From Limisphaerales bacterium (GTDB taxonomy: Bacteria > Verrucomicrobiota > Verrucomicrobiia > Limisphaerales > JAJOIW01), in NCBI GenBank assembly GCA_965657355.1, contig CBFHOE010000006.1, forward strand, positions 111,217 through 175,216: a DNA stretch of 64,000 nucleotides. The letters run 5' to 3'. The position numbers and the translations under genes are program-made. The notes below the pieces were generated by a model. The model searched no databases, was not told where the DNA came from, and saw only the letters and a list, made by a program, of their open reading frames with translations. Shown here piece after piece: positions 33,387 to 45,073 of the stretch; position 1 is the first letter of the stretch, and the number at the start of each line of letters is the position of its first letter.

Positions 33387-34892
33387 TTATTTTGTTTTGA
33401 CCAAAATGTGGCGGACACCGCGGTAACCTGTTTCCACGGTAAGGACTTTTATGAGGACCTTACCGTTTCTGCTAGAAGCGAGGGATTTATTGATGTCAGC
33501 AACTTTCTCAATGGGTATTTGATTTACAGCCAAGATAATATCTCCGACAGCAAGCTCCGTTGAAGCGACATCAGATCCCTCTTTTATTCCTGTCACAATA
33601 ACACCATTAAATGATTGGGGTATCCCACGTTGTTGCCTCAGAGCGGAATTCAAGTCAGAGGCAGAAAGGCCATCGAGCTTGGTTCTATTTTTCGCCTTTT
33701 TTGGCGACTCTCGATTTGACCACGGATCAAATGGATTGGCCACACGAGCCATCGCCTGCTCATTTAATTCGCCTAATTCGGCCTTGACGGATTTTTGATC
33801 ACCATTACGAAGGATATCCAAGTTGACGATTTTGCCAGGAAGAGTTTGGGCAATGCGAGCGCGGAATGAGTCTTTGTCCGCAATCTCAATGCCATCAACC
33901 GCGACCACAATGTCTCCATCTTTGAGCCCAGCTTTATCCGCCGGGGAATTCGGCCTTACCGATTCAATGTATGTTCCTTTCGCTTCTTCCAAATCATAAT
34001 AATCAGAAAGATCTGATGAAACGTCGCTAATGGTCACACCCAAGAAACCGCGAACCATCTTGCCATTTTGGATAAGGGTGGACATTACGGAACGAGCCAA
34101 ATTACTAGGTATCGCAAAACCTAACCCATCACTACCTCCGGACGGACTCGCAATAGCAGTGTTAATCCCGACGAGGCGACCATAAGCGTCTACAAGAGCC
34201 CCCCCAGAGTTACCACGATTAATCGCTGCATCCGTTTGTATAAAACTCTGGTAATCAATTTGAAGCTCTCTCAAATCGGATCGACCAGTCGCACCAACTA
34301 TGCCCATCGTAACACTTTGGCCAACCCCTAATGGGTTGCCAATAGCCATCACAATATCCCCGATCTCAATCTTGTCACTATCAGTGAAAGTCACTGCAGG
34401 GAGGTCTACTGCTTCAATTTTGAGAACGGCAATGTCAGTTCCCGGGTCGGCTCCCACAACCTCTGCAGAATACTTTTTCTTAGAATGAGTGAGTTCCACT
34501 TCGATAGTATCAGCACCATCAACTACGTGGTTGTTAGTAACAATAAATCCATTAGAGCTGACAATGACACCTGACCCAAGACCTCTTTGCAGTCTTTCAG
34601 AAGGCATAGGCTGACCGCGATATGGATCTCCAAAGAACTCGTTGAAAAGTGGGTCATCAAAAAATGGTGATCTATATCCGGTATTGCGGATTGTCGGTTT
34701 TACTGTGGTTTCGATGGAAACCACACTCTTGCGCACGTCCTTGATAACCGGCGCGAAAGAGGTCAAGACCTTCCCTTCCCTGTCCAAGTCCGTATCATCC
34801 ACGTTTAAGTCGGGCAGCTTTTCTCTTCCGTAAAGTCCTAAGGCAATCGCAACCGTTAGCGCTCCAGTAATTGTTAATTTCGTCAATTTCAT
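33387..34892 (-). CDS. Do/DegP (HtrA) serine endoprotease with two PDZ domains
   Basis: GSGVI, TNNHVV, DIAVLK, QTDAAINRGNSGG; ATG at 34892 gives a signal peptide. Confidence 0.95.
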   Translation of the reverse strand: MKLTKLTITGALTVAIALGLYGREKLPDLNVDDTDLDREGKVLTSFAPVIKDVRKSVVSIETTVKPTIRNTGYRSPFFDDPLFNEFFGDPYRGQPMPSERLQRGLGSGVIVSSNGFIVTNNHVVDGADTIEVELTHSKKKYSAEVVGADPGTDIAVLKIEAVDLPAVTFTDSDKIEIGDIVMAIGNPLGVGQSVTMGIVGATGRSDLRELQIDYQSFIQTDAAINRGNSGGALVDAYGRLVGINTAIASPSGGSDGLGFAIPSNLARSVMSTLIQNGKMVRGFLGVTISDVSSDLSDYYDLEEAKGTYIESVRPNSPADKAGLKDGDIVVAVDGIEIADKDSFRARIAQTLPGKIVNLDILRNGDQKSVKAELGELNEQAMARVANPFDPWSNRESPKKAKNRTKLDGLSASDLNSALRQQRGIPQSFNGVIVTGIKEGSDVASTELAVGDIILAVNQIPIEKVADINKSLASSRNGKVLIKVLTVETGYRGVRHILVKTK

Positions 34893-35211
34893 CTTTATTT
34901 TGGTTTTGTTTATCTCCATCAATCCAGAGAGCAGAAAAACCCTCTTTCTATGTCTAAAGACAGGCAAGGAACATAGTGAGTTCATTTTTTGTGAAAAAAA
35001 TCTTGGAGAAATTCAAAATAAAGTGGAGTTGTTCCCTAATTAATTGCCAAAAAACTCAAATTTGGGCCTTTTTTTGAGAAATCAGGACTTTTATTTAATT
35101 GGAAAAGGTGGCATAGTCCGCGAGCGGTGGCAAAGGAGAGATAAAATAATTTGTCTTCATATTGGCACCGTCTCTAACTATTGATTCTGAAATTGGAAAT
35201 TCTGAAATAAA

Positions 35212-36261
35212 ATGGCAGTAAAAGTAGCAATCAACGGCTTTGGCCGAATTGGTCGCCTAGTCTTCAGGGCTATGGCTGAACAAGGACTTCTTGATTCTGA
35301 GGTGGATGTCGTCGCGGTAGGTGACATCGTACCTGCTGATAATTTGGCGTACCTCCTTAAGTTTGACTCAACTCAAGGACGTTTCCAGGGTGAAGTTAGT
35401 TCAAAAAAATCGTCCGGCGATAAAGACGAAGATGATGTCCTTATTGTTAACGGAAAAGACATCGCAGTCGTCAGTGCCCGTGAACCATCTGGCCTACCAT
35501 GGAAAGACCTTGGCGTTGATGTTGTTATCGAAGCAACAGGTTTATTTACCTCGGCAGACAAATGTAAAGGCCATATCGAGGCCGGTGCCAAGAAAGTCAT
35601 TATCTCAGCTCCAGGCAAAGGCGAAGATATCACCATCGTCATGGGCGTAAACCATGAAAAATATGACCCTGCCAACCATCACATCATTTCAAATGCGTCC
35701 TGTACGACAAACTGCTTAGCGCCTATGGTGCACGTGCTCCTCCATGAGGGGCTGGGCATTGACGAAGGTTTGATGACCACAGTACACGCCTACACAGCGA
35801 CTCAAAAAACAGTTGACGGACCAAGCAAAAAGGACTGGAAAGGTGGCCGCTCAGCAGCCATCAACATAATACCTGCTGCGACTGGAGCAGCAAAAGCCGT
35901 TGGTTTGGTTATTCCAGAAGTCAAAGGAAAATTGACAGGTATGGCACTTCGTGTCCCTACGCCGACAGTCTCTTGTGTTGACCTCACAGTTAAGACAGTC
36001 AAACAAACTTCGTATCAAGAGATTTGCGACCTGATGAAAAAGGCGTCAGAAACATACTTAAAAGGACAGCTCGAGTACACCGACGATCAAGTGGTCAGCA
36101 CGGATTTTATTCACTCCTCTGCCTCTTCCATATTTGATGGAGGATCTGGTATTGAATTAAATGACAAATTTTTCAAGCTAGTCAGCTGGTATGACAACGA
36201 ATGGGGCTACTCTAATAGAGTTGGCGACCTCCTTAAATATATGATCGATAAAGGCCTGTAA
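35212..36261 (+). CDS. gap: Glyceraldehyde-3-phosphate dehydrogenase type I
   Basis: [30 protein letters not shown]. Confidence 0.99.
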   Translation: MAVKVAINGFGRIGRLVFRAMAEQGLLDSEVDVVAVGDIVPADNLAYLLKFDSTQGRFQGEVSSKKSSGDKDEDDVLIVNGKDIAVVSAREPSGLPWKDLGVDVVIEATGLFTSADKCKGHIEAGAKKVIISAPGKGEDITIVMGVNHEKYDPANHHIISNASCTTNCLAPMVHVLLHEGLGIDEGLMTTVHAYTATQKTVDGPSKKDWKGGRSAAINIIPAATGAAKAVGLVIPEVKGKLTGMALRVPTPTVSCVDLTVKTVKQTSYQEICDLMKKASETYLKGQLEYTDDQVVSTDFIHSSASSIFDGGSGIELNDKFFKLVSWYDNEWGYSNRVGDLLKYMIDKGL

Positions 36262-36303
36262 GCCCAACTTGATCCATTTCCTCACTATCGAGGATTATTT
36301 TTC

Positions 36304-36334
36304 AAAAACCCGGTCCTGGTTACCGGGTTTTTTT
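36304..36334 (+). terminator. Terminator after gap
   Basis: AAAAACCCGGT-CCTGGTT-ACCGGGTTTTTTT. Confidence 0.85.
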
Positions 36335-36596
36335 AATAGAAAAATTAAGGATAGACAGAAGAGAAATAGTGTAGATTTTGAGATTTTTTCTCAGAAAAGC
36401 TATGTCTTTTTTACTTATTTTTAGCGTAAGATTTTACTGACATTTTATCTATTTAGCTGCATTATATATGTGTTTTAACTACATTTTGAAAAACATTAAA
36501 TTTTTTTCCCATTTTTTTGACTTTTATTGATTGTCGTATCAATAGGTCTGATTAAAAGGGATATTTAAATTCTGATTTTTTCATATACAGAGTTAG

Positions 36597-37035
36597 ATGG
36601 CGGAGCCTAGTCGCTCGTCTGATCCAAACGGTGCTATTGGTTTGTAATATGGTTTAACAGCATCATTTGATGAGTTTTGGAGATTATTTCCTAAGAAAAT
36701 GATGCTCCCTGCCTTGCTTGCCTGTACAACTGAGAGCAAACGCTGGTTAAGAAATCAGAACTTAGTGAAGTTTTATATGGTTCTGAATCAGGTTTATTAT
36801 TTCTGGAGTTTGAAAGATAATGATTTTGTTTATGTATCTCGAAGCCACTGGAAAAAGATTACAAACAATATTTAGATGTTCTGGAGGAATTAAAGGTTAT
36901 AGAAATAAATCATTCCTATAGATCATCAATAGATAAAACTGGTTTTTGCAAGAGTTACAGGATCAATCCTATTTATAAAGGTTCGACTGTTCGAGTTAAG
37001 CTGACTGATCATTATCAAGCTAGACGAATTAATTA
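36597..37035 (+). pseudogene. Decayed gene, possibly a mobile-element DNA-binding/replication protein
   Basis: MAEPS...GL*YGLTASFDEFWRLFPKK...HWKK, then a frameshift to DYKQYLDVLEELKVIEINHSY...GFCKSYRINP...RRIN*. Confidence 0.4.
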
Positions 37036-37185
37036 ATTGATTAACGCAAGTGCAGTTAAACTTGATAAGACAAAAACCACCATTTTGATTGAATATTAAG
37101 AGAAAATCTCTTTTGGCCTAGATGTTGCTTGCAATCAATAAATTATAACGCAATGGCAATATTTGCCTAAAAACTTCAGGCTGCA

Positions 37186-38031
37186 GTGAAATTAGAAGAG
37201 AGACAACAGAACAACATCAATTCAAATTGGATTGAAAAGACGCAATTACCAAAGGGAACTATTTTAGACATTTGCAATGGACTAGGCCCCATAGTTGGTC
37301 AATATCCTCGAAGGGTTCCTGGAAAAATTGAATTGGAGGGACTCGAATGGGAATTTCCAGACCTACATAGTTTCTACCACCAATGTCATCAAATATTTCT
37401 CCAACCTACTTATAAACTGGAAAATGGAGTTCAGATTAAGAAAATCTTTGATGGTGGGGCACATTCTGGATTAGCCAGTTTAATGTGGAGTCATTTATAC
37501 CCTGGGGTTGAAATCGATGCCTTTGAAGCAGACCAAGAGATTTTTGATCATTTACAAAATAACATCCAAAGATGGGGTTTGAAGAATGTTGAGACAAACA
37601 ACCAAGCTGTCTGGAGTCACAACCAGGGGATGTCATTTACAAAGACAAACGATGATTCTGGTTTTATTTCCAAACCTCAAGAAAATGAAGTCTCTGTTTC
37701 AACGCGACGACTTAGAGATCTAATCGTTGAGAATAAATACGATTTGGTGAAGCTGGATATTGAGGGTGCTGAGTTTGAAGTTATAGAGGATTGTTCGGAA
37801 GTGTTGGAAGCAGTTCCGTATTGGATAGTTGAGATTCATCATTTCCCATACCTATCAACTTCGTCCAATGCGTTTAGCTTAGTTCAAAAATTTAAAGACT
37901 TGGGTTTTGAAATAGGATTATCCGATTTCCATAATGCTACCTGGATTGAAGATGAACAGAAAGTGCCCTTTTCAGGCCTTCCATCCAAGCACTATGTAGT
38001 CACATTATACGCTTGGAAAAGTAAAGTTTAG
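37186..38031 (+). CDS. FkbM family methyltransferase
   Basis: DGGAHSG, AFEAD, VKLDIEGAEFEV, VEIH. Confidence 0.9.
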   Translation: MKLEERQQNNINSNWIEKTQLPKGTILDICNGLGPIVGQYPRRVPGKIELEGLEWEFPDLHSFYHQCHQIFLQPTYKLENGVQIKKIFDGGAHSGLASLMWSHLYPGVEIDAFEADQEIFDHLQNNIQRWGLKNVETNNQAVWSHNQGMSFTKTNDDSGFISKPQENEVSVSTRRLRDLIVENKYDLVKLDIEGAEFEVIEDCSEVLEAVPYWIVEIHHFPYLSTSSNAFSLVQKFKDLGFEIGLSDFHNATWIEDEQKVPFSGLPSKHYVVTLYAWKSKV

Positions 38032-39004
38032 AACCACCAGAACAAAAGGATTCTTCCAAAAATCCCAATCGCGAATTTTTGAGCCAGCCGTTTTTAACTG
38101 GGCCTCTTACCTGCATTCGCAGCGCTGTTCGTGTAAAACAAAATGGTGATGATCATGAGTGTGATCGTCGCTGTGAGTAGAGCTTTTTTTTATTAAATTT
38201 TTGGCGCGGCCCATTCTTTTTTCGAACAAAGTTCTCATAACTGCATAGCAGTTTTTCAACGAAGTTTATAGAGCCGCATTGCGGTTTTTTTAATTCATGT
38301 CACGAGAATGCAATTCAATTCGTGAATAACATTGTGAGAAAATTATTTTTTCCACTTATTTATTCAATGCAAACAAGACCCTATTAAAACAACCAATCTT
38401 GGTGGGGTTCCTTCCTTTTCAGGTTCATCTAATTTTGGTGTATAAAGGTGTGAGCAATCATTTATTTCTAGTCTAAATTGCCCAAGCCAGTTGCAGCCTT
38501 CGGGCCAGCTGTTTTTTTGTTCGGATATAATTCCTCACGAATTGCTTGTGCAATTTTTTCGAATGAAGCTTTTATATCAACAACAACAAGGGCAATCACA
38601 ATAACTGCAGCGGTTTTGTTAATGGCGATTTATAGGACACAGAGTATCCCAAGGCGTAATAAACAACTCAAAATTTCAAACAAATTTTTGTCCAGTGCGT
38701 AAGCACCCCTCGCGATTTTTCTAATCCTTTTGGTTTTCTAATGCGCGGCATTAATTAATCACCCACTAATTTATATTTTCTAATTCATTTTCTCAAAATT
38801 GATCTTTTTACGTATAAGTAAAAGTATATGGAAAAAGTAATTAACGATTTAGATGAAGAAGAGCGAACATACGCCCACTCAGTAAACTTGTTTAACGGAT
38901 TTTATGGCTATTCAAATGCAGGTTTAGGATGTTGGAGAGCCTTGGAAATTCCAGAAAAATATTTATTATTTTCTCAAATAAATTTTTTAAAAATTTAGTC
39001 AGTT

Positions 39005-39928
39005 ATGGGTCTCGCCCTTGGTGCCGTTGTTTTTTTCGCTGCTTCCGCGATCACTGGTAAAAAACTCTCTGGAATTTTTACGAATGGCGCGCAAGTGAAC
39101 ATGTATAGACTTAGCTTCTCTGCCTTAATCCTTGGTTTCTGGACCATTGGGTCAGGCAATGGATTATTTGGATCTGGTTGGTGGATGCTTTGGTTTAGCG
39201 GTGTCATCGGATTTGGACTAGGCGACGTCGGGTTGTTCTTTAGTCTCCAGCATTTAGGAGCTCGCTTGACGGTGATGATGATTCATTGCATGGCTACACC
39301 GATAGCAGCTTTTCTGGAGTGGGCATTTTTGGGGACCACAATAGGAACGCACGAAACCATAGCAACGGTATGCTTATTGAGCGGTGTCATATTGTCCCTT
39401 TGGTCTCAGGACATGCCCAATGACGCTTCATCAAAAAATGCCAATAAACTGCCCCTCATTGGATGGTTGTGGGGATTCATTGCGAGCTTGGGCCAGGCCG
39501 GTGGCGCGGTGATGAGCAGAATTGCCTACCAGGATATCGAGAGGGCAGATGTCATTACGGATCCAGCAAGTGTCGCTTGGATCAGAATTACCGGTGGCGT
39601 CGTATTTTCAATGGTCTTTCTATGGTGCTCTGGCGGCAGTGGGGTCTTAGGGAAATGGCCTAAACATTTAGCAAAAAGTAAAGCACCATCCATTATTGGA
39701 CTCATTTGTTTGAACGGCTTTTTGGGGCCTGCTGCCGGTGTCAGCTTTTTTCAATGGGCTCTCCTGACAACGCCTACGGCATTAGTTCTGCCCGTGGTGG
39801 CGCTGACGCCAATCCTTCTCATTCCCTTGTCCTCTCGCATAGATGGCATAAAACCAAGCATACTCTCCATTATTGGTGGTGTGGTTGCTGTCATCAGCGT
39901 CGTGGTTTTAGGTATTCTTAGATCATGA
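39005..39928 (+). CDS. DMT/EamA family transporter
   Basis: About 10 hydrophobic segments; SGVIGFGLGD, LGARLT. Confidence 0.9.
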   Translation: MGLALGAVVFFAASAITGKKLSGIFTNGAQVNMYRLSFSALILGFWTIGSGNGLFGSGWWMLWFSGVIGFGLGDVGLFFSLQHLGARLTVMMIHCMATPIAAFLEWAFLGTTIGTHETIATVCLLSGVILSLWSQDMPNDASSKNANKLPLIGWLWGFIASLGQAGGAVMSRIAYQDIERADVITDPASVAWIRITGGVVFSMVFLWCSGGSGVLGKWPKHLAKSKAPSIIGLICLNGFLGPAAGVSFFQWALLTTPTALVLPVVALTPILLIPLSSRIDGIKPSILSIIGGVVAVISVVVLGILRS

Positions 39929-39968
39929 ATTTGATTTAAGTTCATGAAATTGAAGGTATAATGACAAA

Positions 39969-41261
39969 ATGAAGTCCAGCCGAGCTGTATCCAACCCTTC
40001 AAGGAGGGGTTTCTTAAAAGCCACAATGGCAACCGCTGTTGCCCCGCAGTTTGTTTCCAGAGACGTCCTGGGACAACCAGGAAAACTCTCACCAAATGAA
40101 AAACCAACTAGGGCCATTATTGGCACTGGAGGAATGGGAAGAGGACATATCGGTTACATCAAAGAGAGCCCTATCCTCGCCTTGTGTGATGTTGATTCAA
40201 ATCATTTAAAGATGGCCTTGGATAGAGCTGGAAATAAAGATATCAAAGGATACGGCGATTTTCGGGAGGTTCTCGCAAGGAAAGATATAGATATTGTCCA
40301 CATCCCCACCCCACCCCATTGGCACGGGTATATCTCTGTCGCTGCTGCAGAAGCAGGTAAAGACATCTGGTGTGAAAAGCCTATGACCCGCACCATCGGA
40401 GAGGGCCAAAAAGTCGTCGAAGCAGTCACAAAAAATGAGAGTATCTTTCGCCTAAATACCTGGTTTCGATTTAGAGGTGGTTTTTATGGTTTTGGATCCA
40501 CTGCAGAGCCAATTAAAAAAATCGTCATGAATAAGTTGCTGGGCTGGCCTTTGAAGGTCACCGTTAGTGGTGTTACAGGATTCAATTGGAAATTTAATTG
40601 GAGCGGCCGCAAAAACCTGACTCCACAGCCTGTTCCAAATCAACTCGATTACCAAATGTGGCTCGGCCCCGCCCCTTTTAAACACTACCACCCTCATAGG
40701 GTTCACGGGACTTTCCGAGGATACTGGGATTATGACGGAGGCGGTCTCGGTGATATGGGCCAGCATTACCTCGACCCCGTTCAATACATATTAGGCAAAG
40801 ACAACACCAGTCCTGTTTCCATAGAAGCCGACGCCGACCCTCAAGATCCAGAAGCCTGCGGAAGCTGGAGAAGAATTGAGATGACTTACTCCGATGGATG
40901 CAAAATCATTCTGGACGGGGAAAACAAAGATAGGGATGCGCCTTTCATTGAAGGCCCAGAAGGGGCTCTCTACAAGGGAATGAAAAGTGACATCGTTGGC
41001 CTACAAGAAAAATTAAAATCTTTGCCAGACCCGGAGCAGCAAGTCACAGATTTCCTCCAAGCCGTTGTGCACCGGAAAAAGTTTGCCCTGAATGAATCAA
41101 ATGGCCACAGATCCTGCACACTGGTCAATCTCGGTAAAATAGCCCTCAGAACTGGAAGAAAATTAGTCTTCCATCCCAAAAAACAAATATTCGTCAATGA
41201 TGATGAAGCTAATAAATTCATTCATCAACCTATGAGGAATCCTTGGAATTTATATAAATAA
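39969..41261 (+). CDS. Tat-exported Gfo/Idh/MocA oxidoreductase
   Basis: SRRGFLK Tat motif, GTGGMG, PPHWH, CEKP, WLGPAP, GDMGQH. Confidence 0.92.
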   Translation: MKSSRAVSNPSRRGFLKATMATAVAPQFVSRDVLGQPGKLSPNEKPTRAIIGTGGMGRGHIGYIKESPILALCDVDSNHLKMALDRAGNKDIKGYGDFREVLARKDIDIVHIPTPPHWHGYISVAAAEAGKDIWCEKPMTRTIGEGQKVVEAVTKNESIFRLNTWFRFRGGFYGFGSTAEPIKKIVMNKLLGWPLKVTVSGVTGFNWKFNWSGRKNLTPQPVPNQLDYQMWLGPAPFKHYHPHRVHGTFRGYWDYDGGGLGDMGQHYLDPVQYILGKDNTSPVSIEADADPQDPEACGSWRRIEMTYSDGCKIILDGENKDRDAPFIEGPEGALYKGMKSDIVGLQEKLKSLPDPEQQVTDFLQAVVHRKKFALNESNGHRSCTLVNLGKIALRTGRKLVFHPKKQIFVNDDEANKFIHQPMRNPWNLYK

Positions 41262-41420
41262 GGGGTCGGTTCGATATTTTGTTTTGTCCACCTTTTGTCG
41301 TGTGGACAAATGGGCCTAAAAATGGTAGGCATTCCCTACCCTGCTCTAGTCCTGCAAATGTGGGCTAGCTTAACTTTTGCGAAATAAATAAAATAGATAT
41401 AATTAAAGAGATAAACAAAC

Positions 41421-42500
41421 ATGGCTGCGAAAAAACAAACTGCGAGTAAAGAGGCAACAGGTGAGAAATCAGCAAAGATGAGAAATCTGGATGCCGCAAT
41501 ATCATCCATCACCAAATCTTTTGGAGAAGGAAGCATCATGAAGCTTGGTGAAAATAATGCCAAGAGTCAGATCGAAGTCATCTCCACAAGCTCTTTGCCG
41601 TTGGACTTGGCGCTCGGAGTGGGTGGATTGCCCAAAGGGAGAATAGTGGAAATCTATGGTCCAGAATCATCGGGAAAAACCACAGTCATGCTTCATGTAA
41701 TCGCCAATGCACAAAAGGCTGGAGGAATGGCCGCTTTTATCGATGCCGAACACGCCCTGGATCCAGCATATGCTCGAAAATTAGGCGTGAATTTAGACGA
41801 CCTCTTAATATCTCAACCAGACAGTGGTGAAGAGGCCCTGACTATTTGTGAAACTTTGGCCAAATCGAACTCACTCGATGTGATCGTTATCGATTCTGTC
41901 GCTGCTTTGGTCCCAAAATCCGAACTCGAAGGCGATATGGGAATGGCCACCATGGGGATGCAGGCACGTTTGATGAGCCAAGCATTGAGAAAGCTCACTG
42001 CCATTCTCAACAAAGCAAATACATGTTGTATCTTCACAAACCAGTTGAGGGAAAAGGTTGGTGTTATGTTCGGCAATCCCGAGACCACACCTGGAGGTAA
42101 AGCACTGAAATTTTACGCAAGTGTGAGAATTGATATCAGGAGAAGAGAAGTATTAAAAGACTCATCCGGTAATGTCATCGGCAATAACGTGAAGACCAAG
42201 ATTGTCAAAAACAAAGTCGCTCCCCCATTTGCTGAGGCCGAATTTTCTATCATGTATAACCAAGGGATAAATCGCGAAGGCAGTATCCTTGAGGCAGGCC
42301 TTGCCAAAGATATAGTCAATAAAAAGGGCGCTTGGATCCAATATAAAGGGGAAATGATCGGTCAAGGAAAAGAGGCAGCCCGACAGCACCTGATTGATAA
42401 TCCAAGTGTCGCTAACGAAATTAGAGATAAAGTTCTTGCTCTATTGAATCCGGACCCGGAAAAAGAAGAGCCTGAAGATGAGAAGATCGCCGCTGAATAA
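41421..42500 (+). CDS. recA: Recombinase RecA
   Basis: [35 protein letters not shown]. Confidence 0.99.
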   Translation: MAAKKQTASKEATGEKSAKMRNLDAAISSITKSFGEGSIMKLGENNAKSQIEVISTSSLPLDLALGVGGLPKGRIVEIYGPESSGKTTVMLHVIANAQKAGGMAAFIDAEHALDPAYARKLGVNLDDLLISQPDSGEEALTICETLAKSNSLDVIVIDSVAALVPKSELEGDMGMATMGMQARLMSQALRKLTAILNKANTCCIFTNQLREKVGVMFGNPETTPGGKALKFYASVRIDIRRREVLKDSSGNVIGNNVKTKIVKNKVAPPFAEAEFSIMYNQGINREGSILEAGLAKDIVNKKGAWIQYKGEMIGQGKEAARQHLIDNPSVANEIRDKVLALLNPDPEKEEPEDEKIAAE

Positions 42501-42517
42501 AAAAGTCCACCACTGTT

Positions 42518-43054
42518 ATGTCAAAGCTAGGAACACAGTTAAAAGATGCCAGAGAAAATCGTAACCTAACTGTGCAACAGGTCTCGGCATTGACCAACAT
42601 AAAAACTGAGCACATCCGTGCACTCGAAGAAGGCAACTACGCTTTTTTTTCGGCCCCCATTTATATCAGAGGATTTGTAAGATCCATCGCTATCGCTCTC
42701 AAACTGGATCTCACTGAAACGATGACCCAGTTGGATATCGAACTAGATAATCAAAAAGTCAATTTAAAGAACGCTGATTTACAGAAGCCTCGTCAGTCTC
42801 AAAAAATTGAAAACTCCGATATCTCGGAGCCTGCTGAAGACCAAGAAACCCAAGCAGCGATTCCATGGAAAATATTGGGGTCTGTTGGACTTGCGTTCGC
42901 TGTTTTGGCGTGTGGATTTTTAGTTCTCAAAAACCTCCCTGATTCAGGTAAATCAGAACAAGATCCGAAGCCATCACTCAATCTCATCAAAAGAAATTAT
43001 CAAGAAAGTTTGGAATTGCCGTCAACCAATGCTGTTGCTGATAGCCCGCAATAA
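42518..43054 (+). CDS. RodZ-like HTH membrane protein (short form)
   Basis: LGTQLKDARE...ALEEG...YIRGFVRSIA plus one TM segment. Confidence 0.8.
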   Translation: MSKLGTQLKDARENRNLTVQQVSALTNIKTEHIRALEEGNYAFFSAPIYIRGFVRSIAIALKLDLTETMTQLDIELDNQKVNLKNADLQKPRQSQKIENSDISEPAEDQETQAAIPWKILGSVGLAFAVLACGFLVLKNLPDSGKSEQDPKPSLNLIKRNYQESLELPSTNAVADSPQ

Positions 43055-43123
43055 CGAGGAAGATAACAAATGATATGGGCAACGCCTCAAAGGATGCCTC
43101 ATCCTCCTATTACTGCATTTGGT

Positions 43124-45040
43124 TCAAATCTCAGCCTTGCGGGAAAAATTTCCAGGGCCCTTTTTCATAGCTATCATAATTAATGATACGTCCGCCGGGG
43201 AAACACCAGATATTCGCGATGCCTGCCCCAAAGTCATAGGTTCAATCTCCATCAATTTTTGACGGGCTTCATTCCTCAAGCCTCCGATCTCATCGTAAGA
43301 AACCCATCCAGGAATCCGTTTCTCTTCCATTGATTTAAATCTCTCTACATCAGCAATTTGACGATCAATATACCCAGCGTATTTTAATTGGATCTCCACC
43401 TGCCTTGTGACATCGCTAGATAAATTAAGGTCCCTGTCTTCGAGGGAATGATAAGTCTTTTCAGGCCTTTTCAATACCTGCGCCAATGAGGTGCCATCGA
43501 CGTATGTTTTTTCTAATCTCTGAATTTCAGAGGCGATTTTTACTGATTTTTCTTTGAATAAGTCAAAATTCCTTTTGGGAAGGATCCCTATTTCATATCC
43601 TAACTTGGAAAGTCTCTGGTCGGCATTGTCCTGCCTGAGTAATAGTCTATATTCCGCGCGAGAAGTAAACATACGATAGGGTTCATTTGTACCTTTAGTC
43701 ACCAAATCATCAATCAAAACCCCTATATAAGCCTGATCGCGGCCCAGAACAATAGCCTCTTTTCCCTGCACTTTACGACCAGCATTGATACCCGCCATTA
43801 AGCCCTGCGCTGCTGCTTCTTCATATCCTGAGGTTCCATTGATCTGACCGGCAAGAAAAAGACCTTCACAAGTCTTTGTTTCAAGCGACGATTTGAGCTG
43901 TGTGGGATGTGAGAAATCGTATTCCACAGCATACGCCGGTCGTAATATTTCAGCGCGCTCACAGCCTTTGATCGTTTGGATCATTTTGATCTGAACCTCA
44001 AAAGGTAAGCTTGTTGAGAATCCATTAACGTAAAATTCATCCGTTTGGATTCCCTCCGGCTCCAAAAATATCTGGTGCCGTGGCTTATCGGCAAAACGAA
44101 CTATCTTGTCTTCGATGGATGGGCAATATCGAGGGCCCACACCTTCAATAATTCCAGAATACATAGGAGACAAGTGAAGATTATCTCGGATAATATCAGC
44201 CGTGTGCTCATTAGTGTAGGTGATATAACAATCCATTTGACCTCGAATCCGATCGAGGATGGATCCTGGAGGGTAAGGGCTTCGGTCCGAATCGCGTTCC
44301 CTTTCATTCACAAAACAATGTTCCACGTGGAACAAATCTTTTCGCCAGTATGTGAAATAAGGTATGGGGTCGTCACCAGGCTGTGCCTCCGTGCTACCTA
44401 AATCCAAAGACTTTAAAAGAAGCCGCGGCGGTGTTCCGGTTTTGAGTCGACCCAATTTCAGTCCAGCTTTTTTTAAGCTAGCTGAAAGACCCTGAGCCGA
44501 AGATTCCCCAGCTCGCCCACCAGATTCCTTGTTCAAGCCAGTGTGCATCAAGCCGCGCAAAAAAGTACCTGTGGTGACAACCACCGTCTTTGCGAAGAAC
44601 TTTACACCTAAACTGATTTCCACTCCCGTGACTTTTTCACCATCGAATAAAAGGGTTTCGGCCTGTCCTTGACGGATGTCGAGATTACTTTGTCTTTCAC
44701 AAACCCATTTCATCCGAAATTGATATGCTTTTTTGTCACATTGAGCCCTCGGAGCCCACACAGATGGACCTTTAGCCGTATTGAGCATGCGAAATTGCAA
44801 ACCTGTCATATCGGTTGCTTTTCCCATTTCACCTCCAAGTGCATCTATTTCCCGGGCTAGATGACCTTTGGCTAAACCACCAATCGCTGGATTGCATGAC
44901 ATCTGACCAATTGTGTCGCAATTCGTGGTTAGCATCAGAGTTTCACAACCCATGCGGGCCGAGGCTAAGGCCGCCTCTATCCCGGCGTGCCCAGCACCTA
45001 GAACGATGACATCGTAGTGTTTTGGAAAAGTAAAAGACAT
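43124..45040 (-). CDS. mnmG: tRNA modification enzyme MnmG (GidA)
   Basis: [50 protein letters not shown]. Confidence 0.99.
   Translation of the reverse strand: MSFTFPKHYDVIVLGAGHAGIEAALASARMGCETLMLTTNCDTIGQMSCNPAIGGLAKGHLAREIDALGGEMGKATDMTGLQFRMLNTAKGPSVWAPRAQCDKKAYQFRMKWVCERQSNLDIRQGQAETLLFDGEKVTGVEISLGVKFFAKTVVVTTGTFLRGLMHTGLNKESGGRAGESSAQGLSASLKKAGLKLGRLKTGTPPRLLLKSLDLGSTEAQPGDDPIPYFTYWRKDLFHVEHCFVNERERDSDRSPYPPGSILDRIRGQMDCYITYTNEHTADIIRDNLHLSPMYSGIIEGVGPRYCPSIEDKIVRFADKPRHQIFLEPEGIQTDEFYVNGFSTSLPFEVQIKMIQTIKGCERAEILRPAYAVEYDFSHPTQLKSSLETKTCEGLFLAGQINGTSGYEEAAAQGLMAGINAGRKVQGKEAIVLGRDQAYIGVLIDDLVTKGTNEPYRMFTSRAEYRLLLRQDNADQRLSKLGYEIGILPKRNFDLFKEKSVKIASEIQRLEKTYVDGTSLAQVLKRPEKTYHSLEDRDLNLSSDVTRQVEIQLKYAGYIDRQIADVERFKSMEEKRIPGWVSYDEIGGLRNEARQKLMEIEPMTLGQASRISGVSPADVSLIMIAMKKGPGNFSRKAEI
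44319..44334. other. parS site (inside mnmG)
   Basis: TGTTCCACGTGGAACA perfect 16-bp palindrome matching the ParB/Spo0J consensus. Confidence 0.9.
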
Positions 45041-45073
45041 CTCAGTTGATAGAGGCTAATAATATTTGGGAAA

